64,000 nucleotides of DNA from Methylophilaceae bacterium (GCA_947451235.1 CANFZA010000001.1:8991-72990); one strand, 5' to 3'. Numbered from the stretch's first letter, positions 29,605 to 40,731 are shown. Notes: generated by a model not told the origin, from the letters alone. Made by a program: numbers and translations.

Positions 29605-30505
29605 TCTGGCTGCTCTAGATTTTTCAGCTTGGGTAAGTGCTAAACAAGCGCATATTGAAGTTACACTTGCGCGCACATTACCAGCGGTTTCAATAACGCC
29701 AAATACCTTGCATGAGGCCATGCGCTACAGCGCCCTAGCGGGTGGCAAGCGTGTGCGCGCCCTACTTTGTTATGCTGCGGCTGAAATGTGCGACACGCCC
29801 ATTTTAATCGCCGATGCGGCCGCCAGCGCGGTGGAGTTGATTCACGCTTATTCCTTAGTGCATGACGATATGCCATGTATGGATGACGATGATTTACGCC
29901 GTGGCAAACCTAGCTGCCATAAACAATATGATGACGCGACCGCTCTTTTAGTCGGCGATGCGCTACAAAGTTTGGCGTTTCAGGTTTTATCTGAACCAGA
30001 GTTAACCTTAAATACAAACCTACAAGCGCATCAGCAAATTAGCCTGTTAAACATTTTAGCCAAAGCCTCGGGTTCTACTGGCATGGCGGGTGGTCAGGCG
30101 ATTGATTTAGCCTCCGTAGGCAAACCGCTTACGCAAGCTGAACTTGAAGCTATGCACAATTTGAAAACTGGCGCGCTGATAAAAGCCGCTGTTTTGCTGG
30201 GCGCTGTGTGTGGCTCTAGCGCGCAAATAACGGCGGTGAGCACTTATGCGGCCAATATTGGCCTAGCGTTTCAAGTGGTGGATGACATTTTGGATGTGGA
30301 AGCGGACACCGCAACATTAGGCAAAACAGCCGGCAAAGATGCGAACAGCAACAAACCCACTTACGTGACCATTTTGGGCTTGGATTTAGCCAAACAACAC
30401 GCGCAACAATTATATGAAGACGCGATTGCCGCAATTGCACCATTTGACGATAACACCCAGCGCCTGCGTGAATTAGCCGCTTTTATTATGCAGCGCAGCT
30501 TTTAG
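29597..30505 (+). CDS. ispA: Farnesyl diphosphate synthase
   Basis: First Asp-rich motif LVHDDMPCMDDDDLRRGKP, second FQVVDDILD. Confidence 0.93.
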   Translation: MTNLAALDFSAWVSAKQAHIEVTLARTLPAVSITPNTLHEAMRYSALAGGKRVRALLCYAAAEMCDTPILIADAAASAVELIHAYSLVHDDMPCMDDDDLRRGKPSCHKQYDDATALLVGDALQSLAFQVLSEPELTLNTNLQAHQQISLLNILAKASGSTGMAGGQAIDLASVGKPLTQAELEAMHNLKTGALIKAAVLLGAVCGSSAQITAVSTYAANIGLAFQVVDDILDVEADTATLGKTAGKDANSNKPTYVTILGLDLAKQHAQQLYEDAIAAIAPFDDNTQRLRELAAFIMQRSF

Positions 30506-30511
30506 AAACTT

Positions 30512-32398
30512 ATGACGCCATTACTCAGCACCATAGATTCACCTTTGCAACTTCGCCAGCTTGAGCGCAAACAGTTGGTTGAACTGGCACAAGAATTACG
30601 CTTATTTTTAATTGATAGCGTGGCTAAAACTGGCGGTCACTTAGCGTCTAATTTAGGCGTGGTTGAACTGACGATTGCACTGCATTATGTATTTAATACG
30701 CCTGACGACAGGCTGGTTTGGGATGTAGGCCACCAAACTTATCCGCATAAAATTCTAACTGGTCGCCGCGAATTAATGCAGTCACTACGCAAAGCCAAAG
30801 GCATCGCCGGCTTTCCACGTCGCTCTGAAAGTGAATACGACACTTTTGGCGCTGGCCATTCCAGCACATCAATATCAGCCGCATTAGGCATGGCGGTTGC
30901 TGCACAAAAAGCTGGTTTAGAAAGACGCGCCGTGGCGATTATTGGCGATGGCGCCATGACTGCGGGCATGGCGTTTGAAGCCTTAAACAATGCCGGCGAT
31001 ATGGATGCCAATTTGTTGGTAATATTGAACGACAACGACATGAGCATTTCAAACAATGTTGGTGCGCTGAATAATTACCTTACTAAATTATTATCTAGCC
31101 GCTTTTACGACAAAGTCAGATCGTCAGGCAAAAAAGTGCTTTCTGCCATGCCACCCATGATGGAATTTGCCAGACGCGCAGAAGAACACGTCAAAGGTAT
31201 GGTGTTGCCCGGCACGTTATTTGAAGAGTTTGGTTTTAATTATATAGGCCCAATTGATGGCCATGATTTAGACGCATTAGTTGATACTTTACGTAATATC
31301 AAGCAATTAAAAGGCCCGCAGTTTTTGCATATTGTGACGCAAAAAGGCAAAGGCTTTGAACCGGCCGAAGATAACCCGAATAAATTTCACGGTGTAGGCA
31401 AGTTTGATCCATTCAATGGCGATGCAATTAGCGTAGCGTCTAGCAATATTATTCCTAAAAAAACCTACACCCAAGTATTTGCCGATTGGTTGAGTGATAT
31501 GGCCGCGCTTGATGAACGCTTGATAGGCATTACGCCCGCCATGTGCGATGGTTCTGGCTTAAACGACTTTGCCGAAAAATATCCAACCCGCTATTTTGAC
31601 GTAGGCATTGCCGAACAACACGCGCTAACCTTTGCCGCCGGCATGGCGTGCGACGGCTTAAAGCCGGTAGTCGCTATTTACAGCACGTTTTTACAGCGCG
31701 CTTACGATCAGCTAATTCATGATATTGCCTTGCAAAACTTACCAGTATTATTGGCCATAGACCGAGCTGGCTTAGTCGGCGCAGATGGCCCAACGCATGC
31801 AGGCAGCTTTGATTTAAGTTTTTTACGCTGCATTCCAAACATCGTAATTATGGCGCCTAGCGATGAAAACGAATGTAGGCAAATGCTTTACACCGGCTTT
31901 CAATATAACGGCGTTGCGGCGGTGCGTTACCCACGTGGCACTGGCATTGGCGCGGTTATTGAGCAGAAAATGCAGGCGATACCGATTGGTACGGGTGAAA
32001 TTAAACGTACGATGACCAACACTGAAACACCGCAAAAAATTGCCATTTTAAGTTTTGGCAGCATGCTTAGCGCGAGCCTAGAAGCGGCTGAAAAACTAGA
32101 TGCAACCGTGGTGAATATGCGCTTTGTTAAACCTTTAGACCAAGCGCTGATAGAAAAGTTAGCGTTAGACCATAGCATTATCGTCACTGTGGAAGAAAAT
32201 GCGCTGATGGGCGGCGCCGGTTCTGCGGTCATGGAAGTGTTGCAAGCCATACAAAATAAATCTGCGCACGTGATTAAAACGCTATGTTTAGGCTTGCCAG
32301 ACCAGTTTATTGAACACGGCGTACACGAAACTATGCTGTCAGAATGCGGTCTAGATGCTGAAGGCATTACTCGCGCGATTGAAAAGGTAATAAGCTAG
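30512..32398 (+). CDS. dxs: 1-deoxy-D-xylulose-5-phosphate synthase
   Basis: 628 aa; [14 protein letters not shown], ThDP motif [19 protein letters not shown]...NDN. Confidence 0.96.
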   Translation: MTPLLSTIDSPLQLRQLERKQLVELAQELRLFLIDSVAKTGGHLASNLGVVELTIALHYVFNTPDDRLVWDVGHQTYPHKILTGRRELMQSLRKAKGIAGFPRRSESEYDTFGAGHSSTSISAALGMAVAAQKAGLERRAVAIIGDGAMTAGMAFEALNNAGDMDANLLVILNDNDMSISNNVGALNNYLTKLLSSRFYDKVRSSGKKVLSAMPPMMEFARRAEEHVKGMVLPGTLFEEFGFNYIGPIDGHDLDALVDTLRNIKQLKGPQFLHIVTQKGKGFEPAEDNPNKFHGVGKFDPFNGDAISVASSNIIPKKTYTQVFADWLSDMAALDERLIGITPAMCDGSGLNDFAEKYPTRYFDVGIAEQHALTFAAGMACDGLKPVVAIYSTFLQRAYDQLIHDIALQNLPVLLAIDRAGLVGADGPTHAGSFDLSFLRCIPNIVIMAPSDENECRQMLYTGFQYNGVAAVRYPRGTGIGAVIEQKMQAIPIGTGEIKRTMTNTETPQKIAILSFGSMLSASLEAAEKLDATVVNMRFVKPLDQALIEKLALDHSIIVTVEENALMGGAGSAVMEVLQAIQNKSAHVIKTLCLGLPDQFIEHGVHETMLSECGLDAEGITRAIEKVIS

Positions 32399-32484
32399 TC
32401 ATAATTGCGAAGGCAATAACCTAGTGATATACTCAACTATAGCTTAACCATTGATAAAGTCAGGCAATTGCCAACGGAAAAAAA

Positions 32485-33291
32485 ATGAACCAACCAACTA
32501 CTGTAAATACCATTGAAGACGTACAAAACACGGTCGATACCCGTCACCTAGCCATCGATAAAGTGGGCATTAAAGCGATTCGCCACCCAGTGATTGTGAA
32601 AGATAAATCTGGTGGTGAGCAACATACGGTTGCCATGTTTAATATGTACGTGCATTTGCCGCAACAATTTAAAGGCACACACATGTCGCGTTTTGTTGAA
32701 ATTCTCAACATGAACGAACATGCTATTTCTATAGAATCTTTTGAAACCATTTTGCGCTTAATGGTAAGCCGTTTAGAGGCGGAATCTGGTCATGTAGAAA
32801 TGACTTTTCCATACTTTGTTAATAAAGCGGCGCCTATTTCTGGCGTAAAAAGTCTTTTAGATTATGAAGTTACATTTATTGGCGCAATCAGCCACGGTAA
32901 ATTTGAAATCACGGTAAAAGTATTAGTGCCTGTGACTAGCCTTTGCCCATGTAGCAAAAAAATATCTGACTACGGTGCGCATAATCAACGCTCACACGTC
33001 ACAGTAACTGCGCTAGTAAATGACTTTATCTGGATTGAAGATATTATTGATTTGGTTGAAAAACAAGCCTCTTGCGAGCTTTACGGTTTACTTAAACGCC
33101 CAGATGAAAAATACGTCACTGAGCGTGCCTATGATAATCCTAAGTTTGTGGAAGACATGGTGCGCGACGTGGCAGCGCAGCTTAATGCAGAAAAACGCAT
33201 CGTGGCGTACACCGTTGAAAGTGAAAACTTTGAGTCTATTCACAACCATTCAGCCTATGCTTTGATTGAAAATGACAAGCGCATTAAATAG
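32485..33291 (+). CDS. folE2: GTP cyclohydrolase FolE2 (type IB)
   Basis: 268 aa; [19 protein letters not shown] signature block. Confidence 0.88.
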   Translation: MNQPTTVNTIEDVQNTVDTRHLAIDKVGIKAIRHPVIVKDKSGGEQHTVAMFNMYVHLPQQFKGTHMSRFVEILNMNEHAISIESFETILRLMVSRLEAESGHVEMTFPYFVNKAAPISGVKSLLDYEVTFIGAISHGKFEITVKVLVPVTSLCPCSKKISDYGAHNQRSHVTVTALVNDFIWIEDIIDLVEKQASCELYGLLKRPDEKYVTERAYDNPKFVEDMVRDVAAQLNAEKRIVAYTVESENFESIHNHSAYALIENDKRIK

Positions 33292-33336
33292 GATTTGAAT
33301 CATTAGCCACTTGGAATAGCGGCTAATTCAATTTAT

Positions 33337-33367
33337 AAAAATGCCACTTTTTTAAAGTGGCATTTTT
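33337..33367 (+). terminator. Intrinsic terminator after folE2
   Basis: aaaaatgccacttt-tttaa-agtggcattttttat. Confidence 0.8.
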
Positions 33368-33427
33368 TATGTCTGAAACATGTTACCTAATGCAAATTTA
33401 GGAAATAATGACCTAGAATCGGCTTTT

Positions 33428-33483
33428 GTAGGAGCGGTCTGTGACCGCGAAAGAGATGGTTCGCGGTCACAGACCGCTCCTAC
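33428..33483. repeat. REP family 1 inverted doublet
   Basis: gtaggagcggtctgtgaccgcga / aagagatggt / tcgcggtcacagaccgctcctac; perfect 23-bp arms. Confidence 0.9.
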
Positions 33484-33555
33484 AAAAACATATAGGGGAC
33501 TAACATTATTGACGAGGCTAGCTATAGGCTCAAACTATAGACTCAAACTATAGCC

Positions 33556-34980
33556 TCAAGCCATCAAATTAGCATTTTCAGAAAATATCACTTTTACCGT
33601 TGTACCTTGCGATTTTTGCATATTAGTGAAACCAAGCTCAACCCGCGCATGGTGCTGATGCGCAATTTCACGCACGATGGCAAGGCCTAAGCCGCAACCA
33701 CTTTGCGCAGTGCCTAAAACACGATAAAACCGCTCAAAGACCTTCTGCTGCTCTTGCGTAGCAATGCCGAGGCCGTTATCTTGCACCGCCAACACGGTTT
33801 CGTGATGCTCAAGACTCAAACACACTGTGACCTTTGCGCCGGCTTGGTTATAGCGAATAGCATTGTCGAGCAAATTGTTTAGCAACTCTTGTAGCAATAC
33901 CGAATTACCACTTATTTTAAATTGTTGAAGTTGGCAACTCACGCCCAAATCAATATTTTTTTCTAAGGCTATTGGCACCCATTCTGCTGTCACTTCATGA
34001 ATAAGCGGCACTAAATCTACCGTTACAAATGATTGCGCTAAATTAGCTTCTGGCTCTGCCCTGGCAAGGCTTAACAACTGGTTTGCTAATCGCGCAAGAT
34101 TATCGCTACCTGCGCTAATCTGCTTTAGCGCATGCTGTATGCTAGCCAAATCACTCTCTCTTAGCGCGGCTTCTGCCTGAATTTTAAGCCCGGCCAATGG
34201 CGTTTTAAGCTGATGTGCGGCATTGGCTAAAAAATGTCGGCGTTCGTCTACTGCGGCCTTCTCTTTCACTAGTAATTCATTCATTGCATGTAGCAAGGGC
34301 TGCAATTCTTCTGGCGCATTTTTTTCTTCTAAGGGATGTGTATCTGTGGGCAACCTTTTTAGGATTAAATTCTTTAGTTTATCCAATGAAATCAAGCCGC
34401 GCTGTATGCCTAAATTGACTAATAAAATCACTAAAATAATCAATACGATTTGCGGCACCAGCATAATGGCAATAATCTCATGGGCCATTTTGTCGCGCTT
34501 GGTGGTGGTTTCACCAATTAAGATGGTGGCATTACCTTTTCCGTGCAGATCTGCTAGAGGTAAATTAAAGGCTACCATGTGCAAAGCCCTATTACCTAGC
34601 TTAGTTTCATAATAAACAGATTCACGAGGCTTAGGCATCACTTTGGGCAACACCAAACCCTCGTCACCAAAGACAATATTATGCTTAGGATCTTGTATTT
34701 GGTAGTAAACCCAGTCTTCAGGGTCATATTCAATTAAATTCAACGTGCTATCAGGCAAATCCACTACCATCACGCCGGCCTTCACTTCCACTTGGTCTGC
34801 CAGCGCTAAAGCGACTCTAAACAGCGCTCTATCGTAGGCTAAATTAGCAAAATAATTGGCTAAGTAATAAGCTGAAATTGTGCCCAGAAATAGCGATGGA
34901 ATGAGTAGAATCAGCAGCCAATTCAACAACTTTTGACGGATGGAGTTGGTTTTAACATGTATCATTTGCTTTAATTTCAT
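33556..34980 (-). CDS. Two-component sensor histidine kinase (periplasmic sensing domain, 2 TM)
   Basis: H-box FLANAAHQLKTPLAGL, N-box LLNNLLDNAIRY, G-boxes QDNGLGI and GCGLGLAIV. Confidence 0.9.
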   Translation of the reverse strand: MKLKQMIHVKTNSIRQKLLNWLLILLIPSLFLGTISAYYLANYFANLAYDRALFRVALALADQVEVKAGVMVVDLPDSTLNLIEYDPEDWVYYQIQDPKHNIVFGDEGLVLPKVMPKPRESVYYETKLGNRALHMVAFNLPLADLHGKGNATILIGETTTKRDKMAHEIIAIMLVPQIVLIILVILLVNLGIQRGLISLDKLKNLILKRLPTDTHPLEEKNAPEELQPLLHAMNELLVKEKAAVDERRHFLANAAHQLKTPLAGLKIQAEAALRESDLASIQHALKQISAGSDNLARLANQLLSLARAEPEANLAQSFVTVDLVPLIHEVTAEWVPIALEKNIDLGVSCQLQQFKISGNSVLLQELLNNLLDNAIRYNQAGAKVTVCLSLEHHETVLAVQDNGLGIATQEQQKVFERFYRVLGTAQSGCGLGLAIVREIAHQHHARVELGFTNMQKSQGTTVKVIFSENANLMA

Positions 34981-35051
34981 TTAAAGCTTCAACTTAAGAT
35001 TAATGTTTAGATTTAGATTAATGTGCATAATTTTGATGGCTTGCTGAAAAG

Positions 35052-35729
35052 TTATACTTTATTTTCTAGGCTAGCTAATAAATAACCTAAACCACGAATG
35101 GTACGAATTTCTATACCAAATACGTTCAACTTTTTACGCAAGCGCGATATATTGACCTCTACCGCGTTTTCACTCATTTCCTCATCCCAGCTACATAAAT
35201 GTTCTAATATTTTAGCTTTACTCACCACTTTGGTGGCTTTAAGCATCAACAATTCCATCAAGGCCACTTCTCGCTGAGACAATGAAAGTGGCACGTTTTG
35301 AAACAAACATTGACGATTACTGGTATCAAACACCAAATCACCAAAGGTTATTTTGGCACTGCCGCCAGAAATACCACGGCGAATTAGCGCCCTCACTCTA
35401 GCTTCTAATTCGTCAAGTTCAAAAGGCTTGGTTAAGTAATCATCCGCGCCCAAGTCTAGTCCTTTAACGCGATTCCGCGTATCTTCTAGCGCCGTTAAAA
35501 TAAGTACAGGCGTTTTATTGCCACGCGCACGTAGCCGTTTCAGCACCTCAAAACCGTCCAATTTTGGCAAACCTAAATCCAGCACAATGACATCATATTC
35601 CTGATACGTAAGTAATTTATTGGCGCTATCGCCATCGCTCATCACGTCAACGGCATAACCAGACTTGCTGAAGGCACGCTCCAGTCCGTCTTTAAGAATC
35701 AAATCATCTTCAACTAATAGTAATCTCAA
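35052..35729 (-). CDS. OmpR/PhoB-family response regulator
   Basis: MRLLLVEDD, phospho-acceptor DVIVLDLGLPKLDG, LTKPF, winged-helix C-terminus TIRGLGYLL. Confidence 0.93.
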   Translation of the reverse strand: MRLLLVEDDLILKDGLERAFSKSGYAVDVMSDGDSANKLLTYQEYDVIVLDLGLPKLDGFEVLKRLRARGNKTPVLILTALEDTRNRVKGLDLGADDYLTKPFELDELEARVRALIRRGISGGSAKITFGDLVFDTSNRQCLFQNVPLSLSQREVALMELLMLKATKVVSKAKILEHLCSWDEEMSENAVEVNISRLRKKLNVFGIEIRTIRGLGYLLASLENKV

Positions 35730-35916
35730 CGTTGCAATCTCAATTTAGCTTATTTGGGGTTCAAATGAATACATAACACCCGACCATTTTAACCACTTTC
35801 GCAAATAGATTAAAAATAGATTCGCGTGTCGATTGTTGTCAGCTTGATGTCAGCTTGCTGCTGTAAATTACATTTCATGGTTGCAGAGTAAGCATTTAGC
35901 AGATCACAGCCAAATA

Positions 35917-36006
35917 TAGTTTTACTAATATAGTTTTATATTGACTTAGTTTTATATTGACTTAGTTTTATATTGACCCAGTTTCATAAGCCTAGTTTTA
36001 ACAAAC
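35917..36006 (+). promoter_or_regulatory. Six iterated TAGTTTTA boxes (three full 16-bp units tagttttatattgacY) in the divergent RR / asr-like intergenic region
   Basis: Boxes at 35917, 35931, 35947, 35963, 35979 (variant cagtttca), 35993; TTGACT/TTGACT/TTGACC hexamers at 35941, 35957, 35973. Confidence 0.6.
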
Positions 36007-36030
36007 ATTACTTTAATTTTGGAGATTGAA

Positions 36031-36303
36031 ATGAACAAATTCTTAGCAACACTTTTAGCTGGCGCATTTGCATTAACATTAGGTGCTTCAGCATTTGCAG
36101 CAGACGCAGCAAAAACCACTAAAGCAGTAGAACCAGCTAAAGTTGAAGCGCCAGTTGCTGTTGAAGCAGCAAAAACTGAAGCTACAACAGAAGCGGCTAA
36201 ACCAGCAAAAAAACATCACCGTAAAGACCATGCAAAAAAACCAGCTGCACCTGCCGCTGAAGCTACACCGGCAGCACCAGTAGCCGCGCCAGCAGCAAAA
36301 TAA
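36031..36303 (+). CDS. Secreted Ala/Lys/Pro/Thr-rich low-complexity protein, Asr (acid-shock protein)-like in composition
   Basis: Signal peptide MNKFLATLLAGAFALTLGASAFA-ADAAK; KKHHRKDHAKKPAAPAAEA; GGAG 6 nt before ATG 36031 (ORF opens at TTG 36019). Confidence 0.65.
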   Translation: MNKFLATLLAGAFALTLGASAFAADAAKTTKAVEPAKVEAPVAVEAAKTEATTEAAKPAKKHHRKDHAKKPAAPAAEATPAAPVAAPAAK

Positions 36304-36370
36304 TTCAGCAAGTAATCTTTTGAAATTAAGAGTTCAAAAGTAAGCATTTTTTGCTGAATACTAGTTAAAC

Positions 36371-36402
36371 AAAAAGGGACAGATTATTCTGTCCCTTTTT
36401 TT
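36371..36402. terminator. Bidirectional intrinsic terminator
   Basis: aaaaagggacag-attatt-ctgtcccttttttt between convergent genes. Confidence 0.85.
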
Positions 36403-36423
36403 AAAAAAATATTGCTGGCTGAT

Positions 36424-37083
36424 CTAGTACTTTTTTGTCAGCGTCAGCGCAATATCTTGCCGCTTCATCTCTAGCCTATTTAACGCGCTCATGCCTAACA
36501 ACACCACAGATGGCGAACCGCCCTCCAGCACACTAGCCTCAACTTGACTAAGCGTAATGCTACCAATTTTAAGATTATCGATGGTTACGCGATAGGCGGT
36601 CACCACGCCATTAGCGGTGCCAATTTGCACGGGTTGGCCGCGCTTGTAGTCAATATTGGCAAACTTGGCATCACCACTATTTAGCGCAACGGTAGTGGCG
36701 CCAGTATCTAATAAAAACTTAAGCGAGGCACCGTTAATCAGGCAATCTGAAATAAAATGGCCCTGCGTATCGGCGTACAAAGTGACACTAGAGGTAGCGT
36801 TATCGGCATTGCCAGCTACGGATGCTGCTTGGCCCATTTCCAGCTGTTTTGTTTTGCCGGAAATTTGCAAAGTAGCGGTTTTACTATCAGCAGCAATCAG
36901 CTTAACGCCATCTATCGTTTGGCCTACGCTCAAGGTTTTAGGTTTTCCACCATTCACCATAATAATGGCTTTATTGGTGAACAGCCCAACCACGTTTACG
37001 CTGGTATCTGCAATGCTCAAATGGCTGGTTAGCATGCTTATGGCAAAGACAAAGACTTTGCTTAAACCGTGACTTAATTTCAT
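36424..37083 (-). CDS. Retropepsin-like (clan AA) aspartic protease with N-terminal signal/anchor
   Basis: Active-site block FLLDTGATTVAL; 219 aa; start overlaps stop of upstream MFS gene by 4 nt. Confidence 0.75.
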   Translation of the reverse strand: MKLSHGLSKVFVFAISMLTSHLSIADTSVNVVGLFTNKAIIMVNGGKPKTLSVGQTIDGVKLIAADSKTATLQISGKTKQLEMGQAASVAGNADNATSSVTLYADTQGHFISDCLINGASLKFLLDTGATTVALNSGDAKFANIDYKRGQPVQIGTANGVVTAYRVTIDNLKIGSITLSQVEASVLEGGSPSVVLLGMSALNRLEMKRQDIALTLTKKY

Positions 37084-38258
37084 TTAAACATACCCTCGCT
37101 AGTTGCCTGATTTTTACTAAACTGCAATCCTAAGCCTATCACTAGCAAACCAATCAGCGGAAAAATAGACGCCAACATAAATGTTTTTTGCCCACCCAGA
37201 TATTGTAGTGCATAACCACCTGCAACACCGCCAATGGTGCCGCCTATGCCGTAAGCGACGCTGTTATAAATAGCCTGACCTTTAGCTTGATGGCGACCGT
37301 TAAAAAACTGCGTAATCACTTCAACTGAAGCCGCATGAAAGCTACCAAAAGTGGCCGCGTGTAAAGTTTGCGCCAGTATTAACAGCCAAATATTATCAAT
37401 AGCAAAGCCTATTAAACTAAACCTAAATACGGCCAACGCTAGGCTAATCAGCATAATGGTTTTTAAACTATAGTGCTGCATAATTTTTGGCATCAGCATA
37501 AATATGCCGATTTCGCAGATGACGCCGACCGACCACAGCAAACCGATTAAGCCTTTACTATAACCGTGGTCACTTAAATAGATAGAATAAAAGTTATACA
37601 GCACGCCATGTGCGGTGACCATCAGCGAGCAGCCAACTAACAAAGCGATCACATTAGGTTGTTTGATGACTTGCCAAATTGAAAACTGGTCGTGTGCATG
37701 CGGAACGATTTTAGGGTCAGGTAAGGTGCGTGAAAGCAGCAATAACAACATTTGCACTGCTAGCAAAAACCACAGCAAACTTCTGATGCCGGCAAAGTCG
37801 ATGAAAAAGCCTAAAGTGACGGATGCCACAATAAACCCTAGCGAACCCCACATGCGAATGCGGCTGTAATGGCCATTAGTGGTGGCTAAATGCGCTAAGG
37901 TCAGCGATTCTGCCAGCGGCAAAGTCGAGCTAGTAAAGAGACTTAAAGCCGCCATTACGAAGAATAGCCAGAAAAAGCTATGCGCCCAAAACACTGCGGT
38001 AAAACCACATAAACCTAAAAAAGCCGTTAGCTGAATCCACTGCGCGCGTTTGCCAGTATGGTCGGCCAACCAGCCCCAAAAATTGGGCGCAAAAATGCGG
38101 CTGATTTGAAATAAAGACATCAAAATGCCGATGTCGGCCGCAGAAAATTGTTCAGACTTTAAATATAAGCCCCAGTACGGAACAAACGCCCCAACAAAGA
38201 AGTAATAAACAAAGTAAAAATTTGAGAGGCGCTGATGGAGTTTTGTATGCATATTCAA
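37080..38258 (-). CDS. MFS transporter (12 TM)
   Basis: 392 aa, 12 hydrophobic segments, MFS_1_like-type layout; substrate unknown. Confidence 0.75.
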   Translation of the reverse strand: MNMHTKLHQRLSNFYFVYYFFVGAFVPYWGLYLKSEQFSAADIGILMSLFQISRIFAPNFWGWLADHTGKRAQWIQLTAFLGLCGFTAVFWAHSFFWLFFVMAALSLFTSSTLPLAESLTLAHLATTNGHYSRIRMWGSLGFIVASVTLGFFIDFAGIRSLLWFLLAVQMLLLLLSRTLPDPKIVPHAHDQFSIWQVIKQPNVIALLVGCSLMVTAHGVLYNFYSIYLSDHGYSKGLIGLLWSVGVICEIGIFMLMPKIMQHYSLKTIMLISLALAVFRFSLIGFAIDNIWLLILAQTLHAATFGSFHAASVEVITQFFNGRHQAKGQAIYNSVAYGIGGTIGGVAGGYALQYLGGQKTFMLASIFPLIGLLVIGLGLQFSKNQATSEGMFK

Positions 38259-38288
38259 GTTTAGTGCGTCTCTATTAATTGGGCCGAC

Positions 38289-38315
38289 AAAAAAGTCGGC
38301 ATTAGCCGACTTTTT
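38289..38315 (-). terminator. Intrinsic terminator after the DUF465 gene
   Basis: aaaaaagtcggc-atta-gccgacttttt; symmetric A/T tracts. Confidence 0.7.
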
Positions 38316-38352
38316 ATCAATGAATCGCTTACGGGTATTTTAAGCTACTATT

Positions 38353-38589
38353 TTAAGCAACTATCATTGAATAAAGCTGATCTTTAAGTAGCGCACGTTT
38401 TTTCTTTTGCTCTTCAAAAGTTTCGTCAGATACGGGAACGCCTTCGCCTTCCAAGCGCTCAACCTCTTTTGAAACCACATGATATTCGTCGGCCAACTTA
38501 ACAAAATGGGCATTTTCCATTTTTAAAGCATGAATCTTTTCGCGATGCTCAGGAAATTCGCCCGCTAAATCGTGATGCTCAATCTTCAT
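38353..38589 (-). CDS. YdcH/DUF465-family small protein
   Basis: 78 aa; EFPEHREKIHALKMENAHFVKLADEYHVVSKEVERLE pattern typical of DUF465. Confidence 0.75.
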   Translation of the reverse strand: MKIEHHDLAGEFPEHREKIHALKMENAHFVKLADEYHVVSKEVERLEGEGVPVSDETFEEQKKKRALLKDQLYSMIVA

Positions 38590-38777
38590 AGTATTTCCTT
38601 ATAAAATAAAAAAGTAGACTTAAATTACGCGCTCAACACTTAAGTATTAACACGCATCAAGCTATACCTTCATTATCAAACGGCATCTGCAAGTTGGCTA
38701 TGATATACGTCAATCATGGCTGGAATTTTATCCATAATTACGCCGTAGAATATTATTCTAATTTACTGCGGGAAAAA

Positions 38778-39872
38778 CTAAACAATTTTAGGCGTAGCGC
38801 ACACCACATCTGCGTTTTGCGCACGGTGGCGCAAAGCGTGATCCATCAGCACCATCGCCATCATTGCCTCAGCGATTGGCGTAGCGCGCACACCTACGCA
38901 AGGGTCATGTCGGCCTGTGGTTTGCATAGTCACCGCATTACCAAATTTATCAATAGAACGGCGTTCTTGCGGAATGCTTGAAGTGGGTTTTAACGCCACA
39001 TTTACGCGGATTTCTTGGCCAGTAGAAATACCGCCCAAAATACCGCCGGCATGATTAGTCACAAAACCTGCCGGTGTCATTTCATCACTATGTACACTAC
39101 CGCGTTGCGCAATGCTGGCAAAACCAGCGCCTACTTCCACGCCTTTCACTGCGTTAATGCTCATCATCGCGTAGGCGATTTCTGCGTCTAAGCGATCAAA
39201 CACCGGTTCCCCCCAACCCACAGGCACGCCTTCTGCCACTACGGTAATGCGTGCACCAACTGAATCACGCTCGGCACGAATGCTGTCTAAGTAATTCGCC
39301 AATTGTGGCAACACGTCTAGATTTGGTGAGAAGAAATCATTGTCTTCGTGATTAAGCGCATCCCAACTTTGAAATGGAATATCAATTTCGCCCATTTGGC
39401 TCATATAGCCACGCACGGTAATGCCAAAACGCTCGTTTAACCATTTTTTAGCAATGGCACCAGCGGCCACGCGCACCGCTGTTTCACGCGCGCTAGAACG
39501 ACCACCGCCACGGTAATCGCGCACACCGTATTTTTGGCTATAAGTATAATCCGCATGACCGGGGCGAAAAGTATCCATGATTTTGCCGTAATCTTGGCTG
39601 CGCTGATCGGTATTGCGTATCAACAAACCAATAGGCGCGCCGGTGGTTTTACCTTCAAACACACCAGATAAAATCTCCACCGAATCCGCTTCTTGGCGCT
39701 GCGTAACATGGCGCGAAGTGCCCGGTTTACGACGATCTAAATCAATCTGCAAATCTTCTGCACATAATGATAAACCCGGCGGACAGCCATCAACCACGCC
39801 TCCGATAGCCGCGCCGTGTGATTCACCAAATGAGGTGAGCGTAAAAAGTGTTCCTAGTGTGTTGCCAGACAT
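38778..39872 (-). CDS. aroC: Chorismate synthase
   Basis: [20 protein letters not shown]..., [10 protein letters not shown], 364 aa. Confidence 0.96.
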   Translation of the reverse strand: MSGNTLGTLFTLTSFGESHGAAIGGVVDGCPPGLSLCAEDLQIDLDRRKPGTSRHVTQRQEADSVEILSGVFEGKTTGAPIGLLIRNTDQRSQDYGKIMDTFRPGHADYTYSQKYGVRDYRGGGRSSARETAVRVAAGAIAKKWLNERFGITVRGYMSQMGEIDIPFQSWDALNHEDNDFFSPNLDVLPQLANYLDSIRAERDSVGARITVVAEGVPVGWGEPVFDRLDAEIAYAMMSINAVKGVEVGAGFASIAQRGSVHSDEMTPAGFVTNHAGGILGGISTGQEIRVNVALKPTSSIPQERRSIDKFGNAVTMQTTGRHDPCVGVRATPIAEAMMAMVLMDHALRHRAQNADVVCATPKIV

Positions 39873-40023
39873 GATGCTGTTCTCATATAGAATTTGTTTA
39901 ATTTTAACATATCGCCACGTTTTTTTAATTTCAGACTGAATTTGCCAAGATCTTGATTGGCAAGCTGGCTAATTTAAATGCCGCCTATTGCGCAAGGACT
40001 AGATTGCCTAAATAATAGATTCC

Positions 40024-40731
40024 TTAAACGCTTAAGCCTTTAATCCACTGACCATACACTTGATCCGCCACTTTTTTCAAGAAAAAGCAGTGTAAAGGTA
40101 AGTTTTCTTGCATCACATCAGCAGCTTGTACCGCAGGGCTAGAAGCAGATTCAGCCAGTTCATCCGCACCTTCTACACACCAGTTCTGCACCATTTCTAC
40201 GTTGACTTCAATGTGTGTTTGCAAGGCCAAATGCTTACCTAAAGCATAAGCTTGGTTTTGGCAATATTCATTAGATAATAAATGCGTCGCACCTTCTGGC
40301 AAGCTAAACGTTTCGCCATGCCAATGAAAACTATTGAAGCTTTCAATTTCACCGAACCAATCCTTAGCCACTTCATTTTGAGTCACGTTCACAGCTCCCC
40401 AACCGATTTCTTTAACAGGGTTTTGTGTCACCACACCACCAAACGCCTTGCAGATCAGTTGCCCACCTAAACAATGTCCAAGTAGCGGAATATCAGCTTG
40501 ACGCGCCTCTTGAATCAAGGCTAAAACTGGCGCTATCCACGGCAAATCATCATTCACGCTCATCGGCCCGCCCATCAAAACCATGCCACTAAAGCCAAGT
40601 ATCGAGCTTGGCAAAGTCTCTATTTGATTGGTATTAACAATTTGCCAAGGAATATTTTTCTGTGTTAAAAAATCACCTAAATAGCCTGGGCCTTCATGTG
40701 CCACATTCTTAAAAATTACCACAGGTTTCAT
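40024..40731 (-). CDS. Class I glutamine amidotransferase-like protein
   Basis: Nucleophile elbow LLGHCLGGQL; His-Glu pair in LALQTHIEV; start overlaps rluE stop by 4 nt. Confidence 0.8.
   Translation of the reverse strand: MKPVVIFKNVAHEGPGYLGDFLTQKNIPWQIVNTNQIETLPSSILGFSGMVLMGGPMSVNDDLPWIAPVLALIQEARQADIPLLGHCLGGQLICKAFGGVVTQNPVKEIGWGAVNVTQNEVAKDWFGEIESFNSFHWHGETFSLPEGATHLLSNEYCQNQAYALGKHLALQTHIEVNVEMVQNWCVEGADELAESASSPAVQAADVMQENLPLHCFFLKKVADQVYGQWIKGLSV

Noticed and set aside
33973-33988. TGGCAC-N5-CTGCT sigma-54-like match
   Set aside because: It lies inside the histidine-kinase coding region, on the opposite strand to that gene, and no downstream gene would be served.
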